DNA of 40,429 bases, taken from Bigelowiella natans CCMP2755 (lineage: Eukaryota; Protista; Cercozoa). Where the stretch lies: the NCBI GenBank assembly GCA_000320545.1, contig ADNK01003400.1, forward strand, positions 1 through 40,429, given 5' to 3'. Each line of letters opens with the position of its first letter. Position 1 is the stretch's first letter. The position numbers were made by a program, and so were the translations under genes. This document shows positions 36,010 through 40,429 of the stretch, piece by piece. The notes beneath the pieces were generated by a model. That model had not been told where the DNA came from. It was given only the letters and a program-made list of their open reading frames with translations, and made no database searches.

Positions 36010-36936
36010 CTCGTATCAGGTTCTCCATGTGCTCTTTTGCGCTCTGCCAATCCTAAGAGATTTACCAACGTCAGACATCAGTTTAAACGGGCAAGAATCG
36101 GTGTTGAATGAGGTATAGTGTGTGCCTGGGAAAAAAACGAATTTCAGTTTGAATATTTTCGTGCACAGGCAATGGCAACACGCAAAAGCTTCTTCTTTTT
36201 TACAAAATTGTAGGGTATGTGTCAGAGCAATCGATGTCCCTAAAAGCATATAGTTGTGCCTTTATTCCTATAGGCTTCCTACTCCTTTTCCCTTTTATCA
36301 TCATCATCATCATTATCATCATTATCATTATCATGTGAAAAGGCTGAATCCTCATCATCAGCACATATAGCAAGGATACCCCCCCCCCCCCCCCCCCCAC
36401 ACACACACACGCACACCTCCTCGCCAACATCATCTTTAGCGTATTGCGTAGCATGCTGCCTCATCACCCTGAGATGCAAAACCCATTAGATTTGCTTCAT
36501 AATGAAACGTGCAAAAAGCACAACCACAAAAGGACTCCAGCGGCCAAAACATCATGAAGTTCGCCCCCCAACACGCCAAATAATACAGCGTGGAGGAACC
36601 CTACAGAATTCTCCGTGGGGGAGGGGGGAGGGCAACGAACGCTACCACCCCCGTTTCATAAGAGACGCATGATCATTGCACTTTATGCGAATTTTCTTTT
36701 TAGTGTGTAGTCGCGAATGACAACCTGCTGCCGCTTATACTCTTCAACGTATCTACGGCTTTTTGCACGGAGATAGCGGTATGTGAGTGCGAGTAAAGAT
36801 CCGCGACAACGGGGACGTGATGCTGTCTTGGCGAAGGAGCAGACGAGGAGGCAGAGACCGTCGAGGCGGGCTTTTGCCCTTTATCCATATCATAAGCATT
36901 CGTATTACTCTCTTTCTCTTTCTCTCTCACACAGAT

Positions 36937-36974
<38 letters not shown>

Positions 36975-37415
36975 ACACATACACATACACACACACACGT
37001 ACACATACACACACATAGATATAAATATAAATTGCATATATATTAAATATATATATATATATATATATATGTGCGTGTGTGTGTGTGTGTGTGAAAAGAT
37101 GACGCAGACACTCCTCACACTCAAGTTAGAGACGATGGAAGCATCATCGTCAGCATCAATCGTATGACTATCTTTGCCATTACAGGCACAACGACCTAGA
37201 AATTCAATATATGACTTCGGAAAGGAGCTCCCTAGAACCATCGATGAGGAAGAGCATACCGCCTATCATGAAGGTGATGACGACGACGACGACGACGATG
37301 ATGATGATGATGATGATGATGGGGAGAGTGAAGGCACGCGCTAGTCCATTTGACGGGCAGCAGCTACTTTCTTACTTGTGTGTGTACATGCCATAAATGA
37401 TATTGTGATGAATGT

Positions 37416-37446
<31 letters not shown>

Positions 37447-37637
37447 GGTGTGTGTGTTCCGAAATAATCATGCGGCCAAAATTAGATCAAGACAAAAAGC
37501 ACGCCAATGACTCGAACCAGGTGATGCACGGAGTCCCTCGCCGATATTTGCTCGTAAGAAACTTGCCTGGATGGATTAATACCATAGCAACGAATGATCA
37601 GGAACATATCGCTATCACACCCCCTGGGCACATGATG

Positions 37638-37715
<78 letters not shown>

Positions 37716-37849
37716 AGATAGGGGGAGGGTGAAGGATTGTCGCAATATGCTACTACCATTCTGGTGGTTTGTCCTCGTCCAGCACCCCCTGCCCTATTGG
37801 AGGAGAAATCATGATGAGCGAGCAAGCTAGGGGAAGAGAAAGAGAAAAC

Positions 37850-37899
<50 letters not shown>

Positions 37900-38283
37900 C
37901 AAATCTGCGCCCAAGATGGCGTGGCATGAACCCCACCCAAAGCCCAAGTAGCTGCTGCAACTACCATGCATCTTCATGCGTGTGTCTTGCGTCATTTTCG
38001 ATCGCATCATCTGATTAAGAACGTCACGATTCCGACTGTTTCCTACACTTCTGAAACCCCCTCCTTCCCAGCGCTAGTAGGCTCCGCCAGCCCCGGGGCC
38101 GACGATGGGAAGCCGAACCCTAAATGACGAAGTGGGAGGGGGGGGAGGGGGGGGGGGGGGTGTGGAGGAAGAAAGGTCGCATTTGAATGGATGCACGCTA
38201 TTAGCATATGCTTCTCAAGGAAGCTTAGACACTCAAAATCTCTTTGCATCATCACTTATTCCCTATCTATTGCGTTCCTTTTC

Positions 38284-38317
<34 letters not shown>

Positions 38318-40004
38318 TCATCATCGTCGTCGTCATCTTTTACGAAGCATTGGGATGGCAGTAGCTCTTCTAACCCCTGAAGACAGCTTCCTCGGCGTAT
38401 AGCACATCTGGGATCTCCCCGTCGTTGTCTGTGACAAGTGAGTGCAAAGGGATTGTGCATAGAAGAAGTCAGCAGCCATCTTTCAACAACTAGCTCTGCT
38501 TATGCTGCTCACTTGGTGCCGTCGTGCTCGAGCCTCTTCGTTGGGACACCTTGGCGTCACCCCCCTCTCCTTCTCCGCCCCCTCTCTCCTCGTACATTAG
38601 TCCTCCAAGATCCTGCATGCCTAGGTGGTAATGGCAGCAGACGGTGGTGATAAATGGCGAACCGGTAAGAAAACAGCGAGGCGCAGTGACTCAAAGACAA
38701 CGAAAAAGCATCATCGTCCGCTTCCACATCATTAAGGTACGAAGTGGACCTCGTCGCACGAAGAGAAGCTGTCTTCGCAGTTCCCTCCTTCTCTGCTCTT
38801 CCCTAGAAACCTTGCCCCCCCCCTTCTTCTCCTCCTCTCCCGCCGGAAGAGGCGAGAGGAGGGTGGGGGATGGACGCTGCTGGCCTTTGGTCATTAGAGC
38901 AGCGCATTTGACGATGTTTGCGGATGGAAGCGGGGTGAGGCTGTGTACGAGGCCGCCGAGGGGCACAACGCACGATGAGAGGGATAAGGAAGATCTCGAT
39001 GCAAGAGACGCGTTGAACGAGCAGGCTATTCGATGAGGAAGGGGACCAGCAGCGGCGCCCTGTTGGCGAGTTCTTGCTGATGCAGGTGGAATGGAGGCGT
39101 GCACCGGGTATCTAGGGGGGGGGGAGGGGACATGGCCACTATCATGAGAAACATTGTCACCACCACCACCACCACCACCACCATCACCATCACCATCACC
39201 ATCACCACCATTATCATCATCATCATCATCATCATCATCCTCATCGCTTCCTCCACCGCAGCAGCAGTCGCAGCACCGCCAACAGCACGCACACTCGGTA
39301 GGGCGTTGGTTACAAGGCTGTTGATATTGCCATAGCCAGAGGGGCGGTTTCAAAATAGAGGGGGGGGGTGGGAATCGGCTCGTTTTGGGAGAAAAGGCTC
39401 TTGGGGGAAAATCCCATCAGCTGAGAAAACAATCCAAACAACGCAGCATCATCAGCATTGGCCGTAACGACGACGATGATGACAATGACGGTGACGACGA
39501 TGCTGGTGAAGTTAATGATGTTGCTGTACAGATGATGATAAAAGGATGAGAACTGACTACTAGCTCAGATCTTATGAATTTGCAAAGGGCGTGGTGCTGC
39601 CCCCCTTACCGGGACGAAGACCGACGAATGCTGCGACATCTTTGCGCTTCCAAAGGAGACATTAACCGCATTCCGCCTAGAAACATATCGTCATTGCTAT
39701 TACCATTTGTTAAAAAAGGTGATAAAGGCGGCATTTTCTCTTCCTTCCATACCCACCCCCCCTCCCCCCCCCTTTCTTCCATTAAGACAGGTAGTCTACT
39801 ACTCGTGGGAAATGCCGTTTGTATTCACTACTCCTTCTCATCTCTCTTACTCGCAATCGCTCTTCCTCCCCCCCCCCTCTTCTCTCTTCCAACTTTCGTA
39901 TTCTTCCAACACTTACTGTTTTTTCTCTGCTGAATACCCAGCTGTAGAACTGCCAAGACCCCAAACCTACGTGAACACATAATCGGAAAAGGAAAAGGGG
40001 AAGA

Positions 40005-40037
<33 letters not shown>

Positions 40038-40429
40038 ATGAAAAGGGGGGCTTTTTTCCCTTTTTTAACAATGGGTAATGGGAAGGGGGATATGTTTTTA
40101 GGGGGAATGGGGTGGGGTGGAATTCGGGGGGCCGGGGGGATCAAAAATTTCAAGAGGGGTTCCCCCATCAAATCACGGGGAAGAGATTCAGCGCGGGGTT
40201 GATGTCAGGAGGGTAGGGTCAGAGCGAAACATTAAAAGCTAGCAGTGCCTCTAATTCTTTTTCTATCGTTTCTCTATAAGATCAGCTGTCAGATTGTACC
40301 AACAACATTGAAAATAAATAGCCGCTGAGAATGGCTTATCATGCCCCGTGATCTTCAAACATCCTAGAAAGAGTGAGTGGCGAGCAAAAATATTCCTGGT
40401 AGAACCATTCAGCATAGTTGTTAGACAAT
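36010..40429 (+). CDS. Probable multi-exon gene of unknown function (strand and exon chain tentative)
   Basis: Plus-strand AG/GT-bounded coding-like blocks between microsatellite introns, e.g. 36010-36111, 36704-36778, ~38640-38737 and 40281-40372 (ISCQIVPTTLKIIAAENGLSCPVIFKHPRK|gtgagt). No family motif recognised. Confidence 0.35.

Noticed and set aside
39697-40180. Imperfect inverted repeat (39697-39775 versus ~40010-40090) in homopolymer-rich sequence
   Set aside because: Inflated G/C/A/T runs look like low-quality or fold-back read consensus; likely an assembly artefact.
36010-40429. Assignment of the right-end gene to CTC1 or another telomere factor
   Set aside because: Only vague resemblance on the minus strand; the splice signals favour the plus strand and there is no diagnostic motif.

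Overview
Intron-rich, microsatellite-dense nuclear DNA from a eukaryote, probably a protist. A chlorarachniophyte-like genome style is an inference only. Recognisable genes, rebuilt by hand across GT-AG introns: POT1 (-, ATG 4326, runs off the left edge) head-to-head with CENP-C (+); a solitary 5S rRNA gene (-); an intronless 4-TM protein; a MacroD-type macro-domain gene (-); an intronless PhyH/2OG-Fe(II)-dioxygenase-like ORF present twice as a ~1.75 kb near-identical inverted repeat (one copy intact, one frameshifted); an unknown multi-exon gene (-); a UBE3D/HECT_2-like gene (+); SLX1 (+); an intronless LCCL-like type I membrane protein (-); and a poorly resolved multi-exon gene at the right end. 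The most striking signal is non-coding. Discrete domains (about 8.2-8.8, 14.7-16.0, 30.7-32.0 and 34.3-35.9 kb) have almost lost the TpA dinucleotide (3 TA in ~1.39 kb at 34299-35690) while CpG stays common. Duplicated segments in and beside these domains often differ by TA versus TG/CA. This suggests a localised TpA->TpG/CpA (A->G) hypermutation process acting on repeat-derived DNA, the mirror image of fungal RIP. All counts and alignments were done by eye.
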